Shown here: positions 30,001 through 45,000 of the stretch, piece by piece
Numbering within the stretch: the stretch's first letter is position 1
How the letters are laid out: the number at the start of each line of letters is the position of its first letter
Origin: Eledone cirrhosa
Taxonomy: Eukaryota
Direction: 5' to 3'
DNA: 64,000 nucleotides
Assembly (NCBI GenBank): GCA_964016885.1
Contig: OZ024742.1
Span: forward strand, 368,156,001 to 368,220,000
Notes under the pieces: generated by a model
The model's input: the letters and a program-made list of their open reading frames with translations, nothing else
Databases searched by the model: none
What the model was told of the DNA's origin: nothing
Position numbers and translations under genes: made by a program

Positions 30001-33000
30001 GAGTGGTTTACTATGTTGTGTCAGTGAGAGAGTGGTTTACTATGTTGTGTCAGTGAGAGAGTGGTTTACTATGTTGTGTCAGTGAGTGGTTTACTATGTT
30101 GTGTCAGTGAGTGGTTTACTATGTTGCGTCAGTGAGAGAGTGGTTTACTATGTTGTGTCAGTGAGAGAGTGGTTTACTATGTTGTGTCAGTGAGAGAGTG
30201 GTTTACTATGTTGTGTCAGTGAGTGGTTTACTATGTTGTGTCAGTGAGAGGGTGGTTTACTATGTTGTGTCAGTGAGAGAGTGGTTTACTATGTTGTATC
30301 AGTGAGTGGTTTACTATGTTGTGTCAGTGAGTGGTTTACTATGTTGTGTCAGTGAGAGGGTGGTTTACTATGTTGTGTCAGTGAGAGAGTGGTTTACTAT
30401 GTTGTGTCAGTGAGAGAGTGGTTTACTATGTTGTGTCAGTGAGTGGTTTACCATGTTGTGTCAGTGAGTGGTTTACTATCTTGTGTCAGTGAGAGAGTGG
30501 TTTACTATGTTGTGTCAGTGAGTGGTTTACTATGTTGTGTCAGTGAGTGGTTTACTATGTTGTGTCAGTGAGTGGTTTACTATGTTGTGTCAGTGAGAGA
30601 GTGGTTTACTATGTTGTGTCAGTGAGAGAGTGGTTTACTATGTTGTGTCAGTGAGAGAGTGGTTTACTATGTTGTGTCAGTGAGAGGGTGGTTTACTATG
30701 TTGTGTCAGTGAGAGAGTGGTTTACTATGTTGTGTCAGTGAGAGAGTGGTTTACTATGTTGTGTCAGTGAGTGGTTTACTATGTTGTGTCAGTGAGTGGT
30801 TTACTATGTTATGTCAGTGAGTGGTTTACTATGTTGTGTCAGTGAGAGAGTGGTTTACTATGTTGTGTCAGTGAGAGAGTGGTTTACTATGTTGTGTCAG
30901 TGAGAGAGTGGTTTACTATGTTGTGTCAGTGAGAGAGTGGTTTACTATGTTGTGTCAGTGAGAGAGTGGTTTACTATGTTGTGTCAGGGAGTGGTTTACT
31001 ATGTTGTGTCAGTGAGTGGTTTGCTATGTTGTGTCAGTGAGAGAGTGGTTTACTATGTTGTGTCAGTGAGAGAGTGGTTTACTATGTTGTGTCAGTGAGA
31101 GAGTGGTTTACTATGTTGTGTCAGTGAGAGAGTGGTTTACTATGTTGTGTCAGTGAGAGAGTGGTTTACTATGTTGTGTCAGTGAGTGGTATACTATGTT
31201 GTGTCAGTGAGAGAGTGGTTTACTATGTTGTGTCAGTGAGAGAGTGGTTTACTATGTTGTGTCAGTGAGAGAGTGGTTTACTATGTTGTGTCAGTGAGTG
31301 GTTTACCATGTTGTGTCAGTGAGTGGTTTACTATGTTGTGTCAGTGAGAGGGTGGTTTACTATGTTGTGTCAGTGAGAGAGTGGTTTCCTATGTTGTGTC
31401 AGTGAGTGGTTTACTATGTTGTGTCAGTGAGTGGTTTACTATGTTGTGTCAGTGAGAGAGTGGTTTACTATGTTGTGTCAGTGAGTGGTTTACTATGTTG
31501 TGTCAGTGAGAGAGTGGTTTACTATGTTGTGTCAGTGAGAGAGTGGTTTACTATGTTGTGTCAGTGAGAGAGTGGTTTACTATGTTGTGTCAGTGAGAGA
31601 GTGGTTTACTATGTTGTGTCAGTGAGTGGTTTACTATGTTGTGTCAGTGAGTGGTTTACTATGTTGTGTCAGTGAGAGAGTGGTTTACTATGTTGTGTCA
31701 GTGAGTGGTTTACTATGTTGTGTCAGTGAGAGAGTGGTTTACTATGTTGTGTCAGTGAGAGAGTGGTTTACTATGTTGTGTCAGTGAGAGAGTGGTTTAC
31801 AATGTTGTGTCAGTGAGTGGTTTACTATGTTGTGTCAGTGAGTGGTTTACTATGTTGTGTCAGTGAGAGAGTGGTTTACTATGTTGTGTCAGTGAGAGGG
31901 TGGTTTACTATGTTGTGTCAGTGAGAGAGTGGTTTACTATGTTGTGTCAGTGAGTGGTTTACTATGTTGTGTCAGTGAGTGGTTTACTATGTTGTGTCAG
32001 TGAGAAAGTGGTTTACTATGTTGTGTCAGTGAGAGAGTGGTTTACTATGTTGTGTCAGTGAGTGGTTTACTATGTTGTGTCAGTGAGAGAGTGGTTTACT
32101 ATGCTGTGTCAGTGAGAGAGTGGTTTACTATGTTGTGTCAGTGAGTGGTTTACTATGTTGTGTCAGTGAGAGAGTGGTTTACTATGTTGTGTCAGTGAGA
32201 GAGTGGTTTACTATGTTGTGTCAGTGAGTGGTTTACTATGTTGTGTCAGTGAGAGAGTGGTTTACTATGTTGTGTCAGTGAGTGGTTTACTTTGTTGTGT
32301 CAGTGAGAGAGTGGTTTACTATGTTGTGTCAGTGAGAGAGTGGTTTACTATGTTGTGTCAGTGAGAGAGTGGTTTACTATGTTGTGTCAGTGAGTGGTTT
32401 ACTATGTTGTGTCAGTGAGTGGTTTACTATGTTGTGTCAGTGAGAGAGTGGTTTACTATGTTGTGTCAGTGAGAGAGTGGTTTACTATGTTGTGTCAGTG
32501 AGAGAGTGGTTTACTATGTTGTGTCAGTGAGTGGTTTACTATGTTGTGTCAGTGAGTGGTTTACTATGTTGTGTCAGTGAGAGGGTGGTTTACTATGTTG
32601 TGTCAGTGAGAGAGTGGTTTACTATGTTGTGTCAGTGAGTGGTTTACTATGTTGTGTCAGTGAGTGGTTTACTATGTTGTGTCAGTGAGAGGATGGTTTA
32701 CTATGTTGTGTCAGTGAGAGAGTGGTTTACTATGTTGTGTCAGTGAGAGAGTGGTTTACTATGTTGTGTCAGTGAGAGAGTGGTTTACTATGTTGTGTCA
32801 GTGAGTGGTTTACCATGTTGTGTCAGTGAGTGGTTTACTATGTTGTGTCAGTGAGAGAGTGGTTTACTATGTTGTGTCAGTGAGTGGTTTACTATGTTGT
32901 GTCAGTGAGTGGTTTACTATGTTGTGTCAGTGAGTGGTTTACTATGTTGTGTCAGTGAGAGAGTGGTTTACTATGTTGTGTCAGTGAGAGAGTGGTTTAC

Positions 33001-36000
33001 TATGTTGTGTCAGTGAGAGAGTGGTTTACTCTGTTGTGTCAGTGAGAGGGTGGTTTACTATGTTGTGTCAGTGAGAGAGTGGTTTACTATGTTGTGTCAG
33101 TGAGAGAGTGGTTTACTATGTTGTGTCAGTGAGTGGTTTACTATGTTGTGTCAGTGAGTGGTTTACTATGTTATGTCAGTGAGTGGTTTACTATGTTGTG
33201 TCAGTGAGAGAGTGGTTTACTATGTTGTGTCAGTGAGAGAGTGGTTTACTATGTTGTGTCAGTGAGAGAGTGGTTTACTATGTTGTGTCAGTGAGTGGTT
33301 TACTATGTTGTGTCAGTGAGTGGTTTACTATGTTGTGTCAGTGAGAGAGCGGTTTACTATGTTGTGTCAGTGAGAGAGTGGTTTACTATGTTGTGTCAGT
33401 GAGAGAGTGGTTTACTATGTTGTGTCAGTGAGAGAGTGGTTTACTATGTTGTGTCAGTGAGAGAGTGGTTTACTATGTTTTGTCAGTGAGAGAGTGGTTT
33501 ACTATGTTGTGTCAGTGAGAGAGTGGTTTACTATGTTGTGTCAGTGAGAGAGTGGTTTACTATGTTGTGTCTGGGAGAGAGTGGTTTACTATGTTTTGTC
33601 AGTGAGAGAATGGTTTACTATGTTGTGTCAGTGAGAGAGTGGTTTACTATGTTGTGTCAGTGAGAGAGTGGTTTACTATGTTGTATCAGTGAGTGGTCTA
33701 CTATGCTGTGTCAGTGAGAGGATGGTTTACTATGTTGTGTCAGTGAGAGAGTGGTTTACTATGTTGTGTCAGTGAGTGGTTTACTATGTTGTGTCAGTGA
33801 GAGAGTGGTTTACTATGTTGTGTCAGTGAGAGAGTGGTTTACTATGTTGTGTCAGTGAGTGGTTTACTATGCTGTGTCAGTGAGAGAGTGGTTTACTATG
33901 TTGTGTCAGTGAGAGAGTGGTTTACTATGTTGTGTCAGTGAGAGAGTGGTTTACTATGTTGTGTCAGTGAGTGGTTTACTATGCTGTGTCAGTGAGAGAG
34001 TGGTTTACTATGTTGTGTCAGTGAGAGAGTGGTTTACTATGTTGTGTCAGTGAGAGAGTGGTTTACTATGTTGTGTCAGTGAGTGGTTTACTATGTTGTG
34101 TCAGTGAGAGAGTGGTTTACTATGTTGTGTCAGTGAGTGGTTTACTATGTTGTGTCAGTGAGAGAGTGGTTTACTATGTTGTGTCAGTGAGAGGGTGGTT
34201 TACTATGTTGTGTCAGTGAGAGAGTGGTTTACTATGTTGTGTCAGTGAGAGAGTGGTTTACTATGTTGTGTCAGTGAGAGAGTGGTTTACTATGTTGTGT
34301 CAGTGAGTGGTTTACTATGTTGTGTCAGTGAGTGGTTTACTATGTTGTGTCAGTGAGAGAGTGGTTTACTATGTTGTGTCAGTGAGTGGTTTACTATGTT
34401 GTGTCAGTGAGAGAGTGGTTTACTATGTTGTGTCAGTGAGTGGTTTACTATGTTGTGTCAGTGAGTGGTTTACTATGTTGTGTCAGTGAGTGAGTGGTTT
34501 ACTATGTTGTGTCAGTGAGAGAGTGGTTTACTATGTTGTGTCAGTGAGTGGTTTACTATGTTGTGTCAGTGAGTGGTTTACTATGTTGTGTCAGTGAGTG
34601 GTTTACTATGTTGTGTCAGTGAGAGAGTGGTTTACTATGTTGTGTCAGTGAGTGGTTTACTATGTTGTGTCAGTGAGTGGTTTACTATTTTGTGTCAGTG
34701 AGTGGTTTACTATGTTGTGTCAGTGAGTGGTTTACTATGTTGTGTCAGTGAGAGAGTGGTTTACTATGTTGTGTCAGTCAGTGGTTTACTATGTTGTGTC
34801 AGTGAGTGGTTTACTATGTTGTGTCAGTGAGTGGTTTACTATGTTGTGTCAGTGAGTGGTTTACTATGTTGTGTCAGTGAGTGGTTTACTATGTTGTGTC
34901 AGTGAGAGAGTGGTTTACTATGTTGTGTCAGTGAGTGGTTTACTATGTTGTGTCAGTGAGTGGTTTACTATGTTGTGTCAGTGAGTGGTTTACTATGTTG
35001 TGTCAGTGAGAGAGTGGTTTACTATGTTGTGTCAGTGAGTGGTTTACTATGATGTGTCAGTGAGTGCTTTACTATGTTGTGTCAGTGAGTGGTTTACTAT
35101 GTTGTGTCAGTGAGAGAGTGGTTTACTATGTTGTGTCAGTGAGTGGTTTACTATGTTGTGTCAGTGAGTGGTTTACTATGTTGTGTCAGTGAGAGAGTGG
35201 TTTACTATGTTGTGTCAGTGAGTGGTTTACTATGTTGTGTCAGTGAGTGGTTTACTATGTTGTGTCAGTGAGTGGTTTACTATGTTCTGTCAGTGAGTGG
35301 TTTACTATGTTGTGTCAGTGAGAGAGTGGTTTACTATGTTGTGTCAGTGAGTGGTTTACTATGTTGTGTCAGTGAGTGGTTTACTATGTTGTGTCAGTGA
35401 GAGAGTGGTTTACTATGTTGTGTCAGTGAGTGGTTTACTATGTTGTGTCAGTGAGTGGTTTACTATGTTGTGTCAGTGAGTGGTTTACTATGTTGTGTCA
35501 GTGAGAGAGTGGTTTACTATTTTGTGTCAATGAGTGGTTTACTATGTTGTGTCAGTGAGAGAGTGGTTTACTATGTTGTGTCAGTCAGAGAGTGGTTTAC
35601 TATGTTGTGTCAGTGAGAGAGTGGTTTACTATGTTGTGTCAGTGAGTGGTTTACTATGTTGTGTCAGTGAGAGAGTGGTTTACTATGTTGTGTCAGTGAG
35701 TGGTTTACTTTGTTGTGTCAGTGAGAGAGTGGTTTACTATGTTGTGTCAGTGAGAGAGTGGTTTACTATGTTGTGTCAGTGAGAGAGTGGTTTACTATGT
35801 TGTGTCAGTGAGTGGTTTACTATGCTGTTTCAGTGAGTGGTTTACTATGGTGTGTCAGTGAGAGGGTGGTTTACTATGTTGTGTCAGTGTGAGAGTGGTT
35901 TACTATGTTGTGTCAGTGAGAGAGTGGTTTACTATGTTGTGTCAGTGAGTGGTTTACTATGTTGTGTCAGTGAGTGGTTTACTATGTTGTGTCAGTGAGA

Positions 36001-39000
36001 GGGTGGTTTACTATGTTGTGTCAGTGAGAGAGTGGTTTACTATGTTGTGTCAGTGAGAGAGTGGTTTACTATGTTGTGTCTGTGAGTGGTATACTATGTT
36101 GTGTCAGTGAGTGGTTTACTATGTTGAGTCAGTGAGTGGTTTACTATGTTGTGTCAGTGAGAGAGTGGTTTACTATGTTGTGTCTGTGAGAGAGTGGTTT
36201 ACTATGTTGTGTCAGTGAGTGGTTTACTATGTTGTGTCAGTGAGAGAGTGGTTTACTATGTTGTGTCAGTGAGTGGTTTACTATGTTGTGTCAGTGAGAG
36301 AGTGGTTTACTATGTTGTGTCAGTGAGTGGTTTACTATGTTGTGTCAGTGAGAAAGTGGTTTACTATGTTGTGTCAGTGAGTGGTTTACTATGTTGTGTC
36401 TGTGAGAGTGTGGTTTACTATGTTGTGTCAGTGAGAGAGTGGTTTACTATGTTGTGTCAGTGAGAGAGTGGTTTACTATGTTGTGTCAGTGAGAGAGTGG
36501 TTTACTATGTTGTGTCTGTGAGAGAGTGGTTTACTATGTTGTGTCAGTGAGAGAGTGGTTTACTATGTTGTGTCAGTGAGAGAGTGGTTTACTATGTTGT
36601 GTCAGTGAGAGAGTGGTTTACTATGTTGTGTCAGTGAGAGAGTGGTTTACTATGTTGTGTCAGTGAGTGGTTTACTATGTTGTGTCAGTGAGTGGTTTAC
36701 TATGTTGTGTCAGTGAGTGGTTTACTATGTTATGTCAGTGAGTGGTTTACTATGTTGTGTCAGTGAGAGAGTGGTTTACTATGTTGTGTCAGTGAGAGAG
36801 TTGTTTACTATGTTGTGTCAGTGAGAGAGTGGTTTACTATGTTGTGTCAGTGAGTGGTTTACCATGTTGTGTCAGTGAGTGGTTTACTATGTTGTGTCAG
36901 TGAGAGGATGGTTTACTATGTTGTGTCAGTGAGAGAGTGGTTTACTATGTTGTGTCAGTGAGTGGTTTACTATGTTGTGTCAGTGAGTGGTTTACTATGT
37001 TGTGTCAGTGAGAGAGTGGTTTACTATGTTGTGTCAGTGAGTGGTTTACTATGTTGTGTCAGTGAGAGAGTGGTTTACTATGTTGTGTCAGTGAGAGAGT
37101 GGTTTACTATGTTGTGTCAGTGAGAGAGTGGTTTACTATGTTGTGTCAGTGAGAGAGTGGTTTACTATGTTGTGTCAGTGAGTGGTTTACTATGTTGTGT
37201 CAGTGAGTGGTTTACTATGTTGTGTCAAGAAGAGAGTGGTTTACTATGTTGTGTCAGTGAGTGGTTTACTATGTTGTGTCAGTGAGAGAGTGGTTTACTA
37301 TGTTGTGTCAGTGAGAGAGTGGTTTACTATGTTGTGTCAGTGAGAGAGTGGTTTACAATGTTGTGTCAGTGAGTGGTTTACTATGTTGTGTCAGTGAGTG
37401 GTTTACTATGTTGTGTCAGTGAGAGAGTGGTTTACTATGTTGTGTCAGTGAGAGGGTGGTTTACTATGTTGTGTCAGTGAGAGAGTGGTTTACTATGTTG
37501 TGTCAGTGAGTGGTTTACTATGTTGTGTCAGTGAGAGAGTGGTTTACTATGTTGTGTCAGTGAGAGGGTGGTTTACTATGTTGTGTCAGTGAGAGAGTGG
37601 TTTACTATGTTGTGTCAGTGAGAGAGTGGTTTACTATGTTGTGTCAGTGAGAGAGTGGTTTACTATGTTGTGTCAGTGAGTGGTTTACTATGTTGTGTCA
37701 GTGAGTGGTTTACTATGTTGTGTCAGTGAGAGAGTGGTTTACTATGTTGTGTCAGTGAGTGGTTTACTATGTTGTGTCAGTGAGAGAGTGGTTTACTATG
37801 TTGTGTCAGTGAGTGGTTTACTATGTTGTGTCAGTGAGTGGTTTACTATGTTGTGTCAGTGAGTGAGTGGTTTACTATGTTGTGTCAGTGAGAGAGTGGT
37901 TTACTATGTTGTGTCAGTGAGTGGTTTACTATGTTGTGTCAGTGAGTGGTTTACTATGTTGTGTCAGTGAGTGGTTTACTATGTTGTGTCAGTGAGAGAG
38001 TGGTTTACTATGTTGTGTCAGTGAGTGGTTTACTATGTTGTGTCAGTGAGTGGTTTACTATTTTGTGTCAGTGAGTGGTTTACTATGTTGTGTCAGTGAG
38101 TGGTTTACTATGTTGTGTCAGTGAGAGAGTGGTTTACTATGTTGTGTCAGTCAGTGGTTTACTATGTTGTGTCAGTGAGTGGTTTACTATGTTGTGTCAG
38201 TGAGTGGTTTACTATGTTGTGTCAGTGAGTGGTTTACTATGTTGTGTCAGTGAGTGGTTTACTATGTTGTGTCAGTGAGAGAGTGGTTTACTATGTTGTG
38301 TCAGTGAGTGGTTTACTATGTTGTGTCAGTGAGTGGTTTACTATGTTGTGTCAGTGAGTGGTTTACTATGTTGTGTCAGTGAGAGAGTGGTTTACTATGT
38401 TGTGTCAGTGAGTGGTTTACTATGATGTGTCAGTGAGTGCTTTACTATGTTGTGTCAGTGAGTGGTTTACTATGTTGTGTCAGTGAGAGAGTGGTTTACT
38501 ATGTTGTGTCAGTGAGTGGTTTACTATGTTGTGTCAGTGAGTGGTTTACTATGTTGTGTCAGTGAGAGAGTGGTTTACTATGTTGTGTCAGTGAGTGGTT
38601 TACTATGTTGTGTCAGTGAGTGGTTTACTATGTTGTGTCAGTGAGTGGTTTACTATGTTCTGTCAGTGAGTGGTTTACTATGTTGTGTCAGTGAGAGAGT
38701 GGTTTACTATGTTGTGTCAGTGAGTGGTTTACTATGTTGTGTCAGTGAGTGGTTTACTATGTTGTGTCAGTGAGAGAGTGGTTTACTATGTTGTGTCAGT
38801 GAGTGGTTTACTATGTTGTGTCAGTGACTGGTTTACTATGTTGTGTCAGTGAGTGGTTTACTATGTTGTGTCAGTGAGAGAGTGGTTTACTATTTTGTGT
38901 CAATGAGTGGTTTACTATGTTGTGTCAGTGAGAGAGTGGTTTACTATGTTGTGTCAGTCAGAGAGTGGTTTACTATGTTGTGTCAGTGAGAGAGTGGTTT

Positions 39001-42000
39001 ACTATGTTGTGTCAGTGAGTGGTTTACTATGTTGTGTCAGTGAGAGAGTGGTTTACTATGTTGTGTCAGTGAGTGGTTTACTTTGTTGTGTCAGTGAGAG
39101 AGTGGTTTACTATGTTGTGTCAGTGAGAGAGTGGTTTACTATGTTGTGTCAGTGAGAGAGTGGTTTACTATGTTGTGTCAGTGAGTGGTTTACTATGCTG
39201 TTTCAGTGAGTGGTTTACTATGGTGTGTCAGTGAGAGGGTGGTTTACTATGTTGTGTCAGTGTGAGAGTGGTTTACTATGTTGTGTCAGTGAGAGAGTGG
39301 TTTACTATGTTGTGTCAGTGAGAGAGTGGTTTACTATGTTGTGTCAGTGAGTGGTTTACTATGTTGTGTCAGTGAGAGGGTGGTTTACTATGTTGTGTCA
39401 GTGAGAGAGTGGTTTACTATGTTGTGTCAGTGAGAGAGTGGTTTACTATGTTGTGTCTGTGAGTGGTATACTATGTTGTGTCAGTGAGTGGTTTACTATG
39501 TTGAGTCAGTGAGTGGTTTACTATGTTGTGTCAGTGAGAGAGTGGTTTACTATGTTGTGTCTGTGAGAGAGTGGTTTACTATGTTGTGTCAGTGAGTGGT
39601 TTACTATGTTGTGTCAGTGAGAGAGTGGTTTACTATGTTGTGTCAGTGAGTGGTTTACTATGTTGTGTCAGTGAGAGAGTGGTTTACTATGTTGTGTCAG
39701 TGAGTGGTTTACTATGTTGTGTCAGTGAGAGAGTGGTTTACTATGTTGTGTCAGTGAGTGGTTTACTATGTTGTGTCTGTGAGAGTGTGGTTTACTATGT
39801 TGTGTCAGTGAGAGAGTGGTTTACTATGTTGTGTCAGTGAGAGAGTGGTTTACTATGTTGTGTCAGTGAGAGAGTGGTTTACTATGTTGTGTCTGTGAGA
39901 GAGTGGTTTACTATGTTGTGTCAGTGAGAGAGTGGTTTACTATGTTGTGTCAGTGAGAGAGTGGTTTACTATGTTGTGTCAGTGAGAGAGTGGTTTACTA
40001 TGTTGTGTCAGTGAGAGAGTGGTTTACTATGTTGTGTCAGTGAGTGGTTTACTATGTTGTGTCAGTGAGTGGTTTACTATGTTGTGTCAGTGAGTGGTTT
40101 ACTATGTTATGTCAGTGAGTGGTTTACTATGTTGTGTCAGTGAGAGAGTGGTTTACTATGTTGTGTCAGTGAGAGAGTGGTTTACTATGTTGTGTCAGTG
40201 AGAGAGTGGTTTACTATGTTGTGTCAGTGAGTGGTTTACCATGTTGTGTCAGTGAGTGGTTTACTATGTTGTGTCAGTGAGAGGATGGTTTACTATGTTG
40301 TGTCAGTGAGAGAGTGGTTTACTATGTTGTGTCAGTGAGTGGTTTACTATGTTGTGTCAGTGAGTGGTTTACTATGTTGTGTCAGTGAGAGAGTGGTTTA
40401 CTATGTTGTGTCAGTGAGTGGTTTACTATGTTGTGTCAGTGAGAGAGTGGTTTACTATGTTGTGTCAGTGAGAGAGTGGTTTACTATGTTGTGTCAGTGA
40501 GAGAGTGGTTTACTATGTTGTGTCAGTGAGTGGTTTACTATGTTGTGTCAGTGAGTGGTTTACTATGTTGTGTCAAGAAGAGAGTGGTTTACTATGTTGT
40601 GTCAGTGAGTGGTTTACTATGTTGTGTCAGTGAGAGAGTGGTTTACTATGTTGTGTCAGTGAGAGAGTGGTTTACTATGTTGTGTCAGTGAGAGAGTGGT
40701 TTACAATGTTGTGTCAGTGAGTGGTTTACTATGTTGTGTCAGTGAGTGGTTTACTATGTTGTGTCAGTGAGAGAGTGGTTTACTATGTTGTGTCAGTGAG
40801 AGGGTGGTTTACTATGTTGTGTCAGTGAGAGAGTGGTTTACTATGTTGTGTCAGTGAGTGGTTTACTATGTTGTGTCAGTGAGTGGTTTACTATGTTGTG
40901 TCAGTGAGAAAGTGGTTTACTATGTTGTGTCAGTGAGAGAGTGGTTTACTATGTTGTGTCAGTGAGTGGTTTACTATGTTGTGTCAGTGAGAGAGTGGTT
41001 TACTATGCTGTGTCAGTGAGAGAGTGGTTTACTATGTTGTGTCAGTGAGTGGTTTACTATGTTGTGTCAGTGAGAGAGTGGTTTACTATGTTGTGTCAGT
41101 GAGAGAGTGGTTTACTATGTTGTGTCAGTGAGTGGTTTACTATGTTGTGTCAGTGAGTGGTTTACTATGTTGTGTCAGTGAGAGAGTGGTTTACTATGTT
41201 GTGTCAGTGAGAGAGTGGTTTACTATGTTGTGTCAGTGAGTGGTTTACTATGTTGTGTCAGTGAGTGGTTTACTATGTTGTGTCAGTGAGAGAGTGGTTT
41301 ACTATGTTGTGTCAGTGAGTGGTTTACTATGTTGTGTCAGTGAGAGAGTGGTTTACTATGTTGTGTCAGTGAGAGAGCGGTTTACTATGTTGTGTCAGTG
41401 AGTGGTTTACTATGTTGTGTCAGTGAGTGGTTTACTATGTTGCGTCAGTGAGAGAGTGGTTTACTATGTTGTGTCAGTGAGAGAGTGGTTTACTATGTTG
41501 TGTCAGTGAGAGAGTGGTTTACTATGTTGTGTCAGTGAGTGGTTTACTATGTTGTGTCAGTGAGAGGGTGGTTTACTATGTTGTGTCAGTGAGAGAGTGG
41601 TTTACTATGTTGTATCAGTGAGTGGTTTACTATGTTGTGTCAGTGAGTGGTTTACTATGTTGTGTCAGTGAGAGGGTGGTTTACTATGTTGTGTCAGTGA
41701 GAGAGTGGTTTACTATGTTGTGTCAGTGAGAGAGTGGTTTACTATGTTGTGTCAGTGAGAGAGTGGTTTACTATGTTGTGTCAGTGAGAGAGTGGTTTAC
41801 TATGTTGTGTCAGTGAGTGGTTTACCATGTTGTGTCAGTGAGTGGTTTACTATGTTGTGTCAGTGAGAGGGTGGTTTACTATGTTGTGTCAGTGAGAGAG
41901 TGGTTTACTATGTTGTGTCAGTGAGTGGTTTACTATGTTGTGTCAGTGAGTGGTTTACTATGTTGTGTCAGTGAGAGAGTGGTTTACTATGTTGTGTCAG

Positions 42001-45000
42001 TGAGTGGTTTACTATGTTGTGTCAGTGAGAGAGTGGTTTACTATGTTGTGTCAGTGAGAGAGTGGTTTACTATGTTGTGTCAGTGAGAGAGTGGTTTACT
42101 ATGTTGTGTCAGTGAGAGAGTGGTTTACTATGTTGTGTCAGTGAGTGGTTTACTATGTTGTGTCAGTGAGTGGTTTACTATGTTGTGTCAGTGAGAGAGT
42201 GGTTTACTATGTTGTGTCAGTGAGTGGTTTACTATGTTGTGTCAGTGAGAGAGTGGTTTACTATGTTGTGTCAGTGAGAGAGTGGTTTACTATGTTGTGT
42301 CAGTGAGAGAGTGGTTTACAATGTTGTGTCAGTGAGTGGTTTACTATGTTGTGTCAGTGAGTGGTTTACTATGTTGTGTCAGTGAGAGAGTGGTTTACTA
42401 TGTTGTGTCAGTGAGAGGGTGGTTTACTATGTTGTGTCAGTGAGAGAGTGGTTTACTATGTTGTGTCAGTGAGTGGTTTACTATGTTGTGTCAGTGAGTG
42501 GTTTACTATGTTGTGTCAGTGAGAAAGTGGTTTACTATGTTGTGTCAGTGAGAGAGTGGTTTACTATGTTGTGTCAGTGAGTGGTTTACTATGTTGTGTC
42601 AGTGAGAGAGTGGTTTACTATGCTGTGTCAGTGAGAGAGTGGTTTACTATGTTGTGTCAGTGAGTGGTTTACTATGTTGTGTCAGTGAGAGAGTGGTTTA
42701 CTATGTTGTGTCAGTGAGAGAGTGGTTTACTATGTTGTGTCAGTGAGTGGTTTACTATGTTGTGTCAGTGAGTGGTTTACTATGTTGTGTCAGTGAGAGA
42801 GTGGTTTACTATGTTGTGTCAGTGAGAGAGTGGTTTACTATGTTGTGTCAGTGAGTGGTTTACTATGTTGTGTCAGTGAGTGGTTTACTATGTTGTGTCA
42901 GTGAGAGAGTGGTTTACTATGTTGTGTCAGTGAGAGAGTGGTTTACTATGTTGTGTCAGTGAGTGGTTTACTATGTTGTGTCAGTGAGTGGTTTACTATG
43001 TTGTGTCAGTGAGAGAGTGGTTTACTATGTTGTGTCAGTGAGAGAGTGGTTTACTATGTTGTGTCAGTGAGTGGTTTACTATGTTGTGTCAGTGAGTGGT
43101 TTACTATGTTGTGTCAGTGAGAGAGTGGTTTACTATGTTGTGTCAGTGAGTGGTTTACTATGTTGTGTCAGTGAGAGAGTGGTTTACTATGTTGTGTCAG
43201 TGAGAGAGCGGTTTACTATGTTGTGTCAGTGAGTGGTTTACTATGTTGTGTCAGTGAGTGGTTTACTATGTTGCGTCAGTGAGAGAGTGGTTTACTATGT
43301 TGTGTCAGTGAGAGAGTGGTTTACTATGTTGTGTCAGTGAGAGAGTGGTTTACTATGTTGTGTCAGTGAGTGGTTTACTATGTTGTGTCAGTGAGAGGGT
43401 GGTTTACTATGTTGTGTCAGTGAGAGAGTGGTTTACTATGTTGTATCAGTGAGTGGTTTACTATGTTGTGGCAGTGAGTGGTTTACTATGTTGTGTCAGT
43501 GAGAGGGTGGTTTACTATGTTGTGTCAGTGAGAGAGTGGTTTACTATGTTGTGTCAGTGAGAGAGTGGTTTACTATGTTGTGTCAGTGAGAGAGTGGTTT
43601 ACTATGTTGTGTCAGTGAGAGAGTGGTTTACTATGTTGTGTCAGTGAGTGGTTTACCATGTTGTGTCAGTGAGTGGTTTACTATGTTGTGTCAGTGAGAG
43701 GGTGGTTTACTATGTTGTGTCAGTGAGAGAGTGGTTTACTATGTTGTGTCAGTGAGTGGTTTACTATGTTGTGTCAGTGAGTGGTTTACTATGTTGTGTC
43801 AGTGAGAGAGTGGTTTACTATGTTGTGTCAGTGAGTGGTTTACTATGTTGTGTCAGTGAGAGAGTGGTTTACTATGTTGTGTCAGTAAGAGAGTGGTTTA
43901 CTATGTTGTGTCAGTGAGAGAGTGGTTTACTATGTTGTGTCAGTGAGAGAGTGGTTTACTATGTTGTGTCAGTGAGTGGTTTACTATGTTGTGTCAGTGA
44001 GTGGTTTACTATGTTGTGTCAGTGAGAGAGTGGTTTACTATGTTGTGTCAGTGAGTGGTTTACTATGTTGTGTCAGTGAGAGAGTGGTTTACTATGTTGT
44101 GTCAGTGAGAGAGTGGTTTACTATGTTGTGTCAGTGAGAGAGTGGTTTACAATGTTGTGTCAGTGAGTGGTTTACTATGTTGTGTCAGTGAGTGGTTTAC
44201 TATGTTGTGTCAGTGAGAGAGTGGTTTACTATGTTGTGTCAGTGAGAGGGTGGTTTACTATGTTGTGTCAGTGAGAGAGTGGTTTACTATGTTGTGTCAG
44301 TGAGTGGTTTACTATGTTGTGTCAGTGAGTGGTTTACTATGTTGTGTCAGTGAGAAAGTGGTTTACTATGTTGTGTCAGTGAGAGAGTGGTTTACTATGT
44401 TGTGTCAGTGAGTGGTTTACTATGTTGTGTCAGTGAGAGAGTGGTTTACTATGCTGTGTCAGTGAGAGAGTGGTTTACTATGTTGTGTCAGTGAGTGGTT
44501 TACTATGTTGTGTCAGTGAGAGAGTGGTTTACTATGTTGTGTCAGTGAGAGAGTGGTTTACTATGTTGTGTCAGTGAGTGGTTTACTATGTTGTGTCAGT
44601 GAGTGGTTTACTATGTTGTGTCAGTGAGAGAGTGGTTTACTATGTTGTGTCAGTGAGAGAGTGGTTTACTATGTTGTGTCAGTGAGTGGTTTACTATGTT
44701 GTGTCAGTGAGTGGTTTACTATGTTGTGTCAGTGAGAGAGTGGTTTACTATGTTGTGTCAGTGAGTGGTTTACTATGTTGTGTCAGTGAGAGAGTGGTTT
44801 ACTATGTTGTGTCAGTGAGAGAGTGGTTTACTATGTTGTGTCAGTGAGTGGTTTACTATGTTGTGTCAGTGAGTGGTTTACTATGTTGCGTCAGTGAGAG
44901 AGTGGTTTACTATGTTGTGTCAGTGAGAGAGTGGTTTACTATGTTGTGTCAGTGAGAGAGTGGTTTACTATGTTGTGTCAGTGAGTGGTTTACTATGTTG

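Noticed and set aside
2667-39840. Repeated 60-89 aa ORFs (MVYYVVSVSGLLCCVSE...)
   Set aside because: They are translations of the satellite. Alternating 25+29=54 bp keeps a frame open, and the starts are GTG within monomers.
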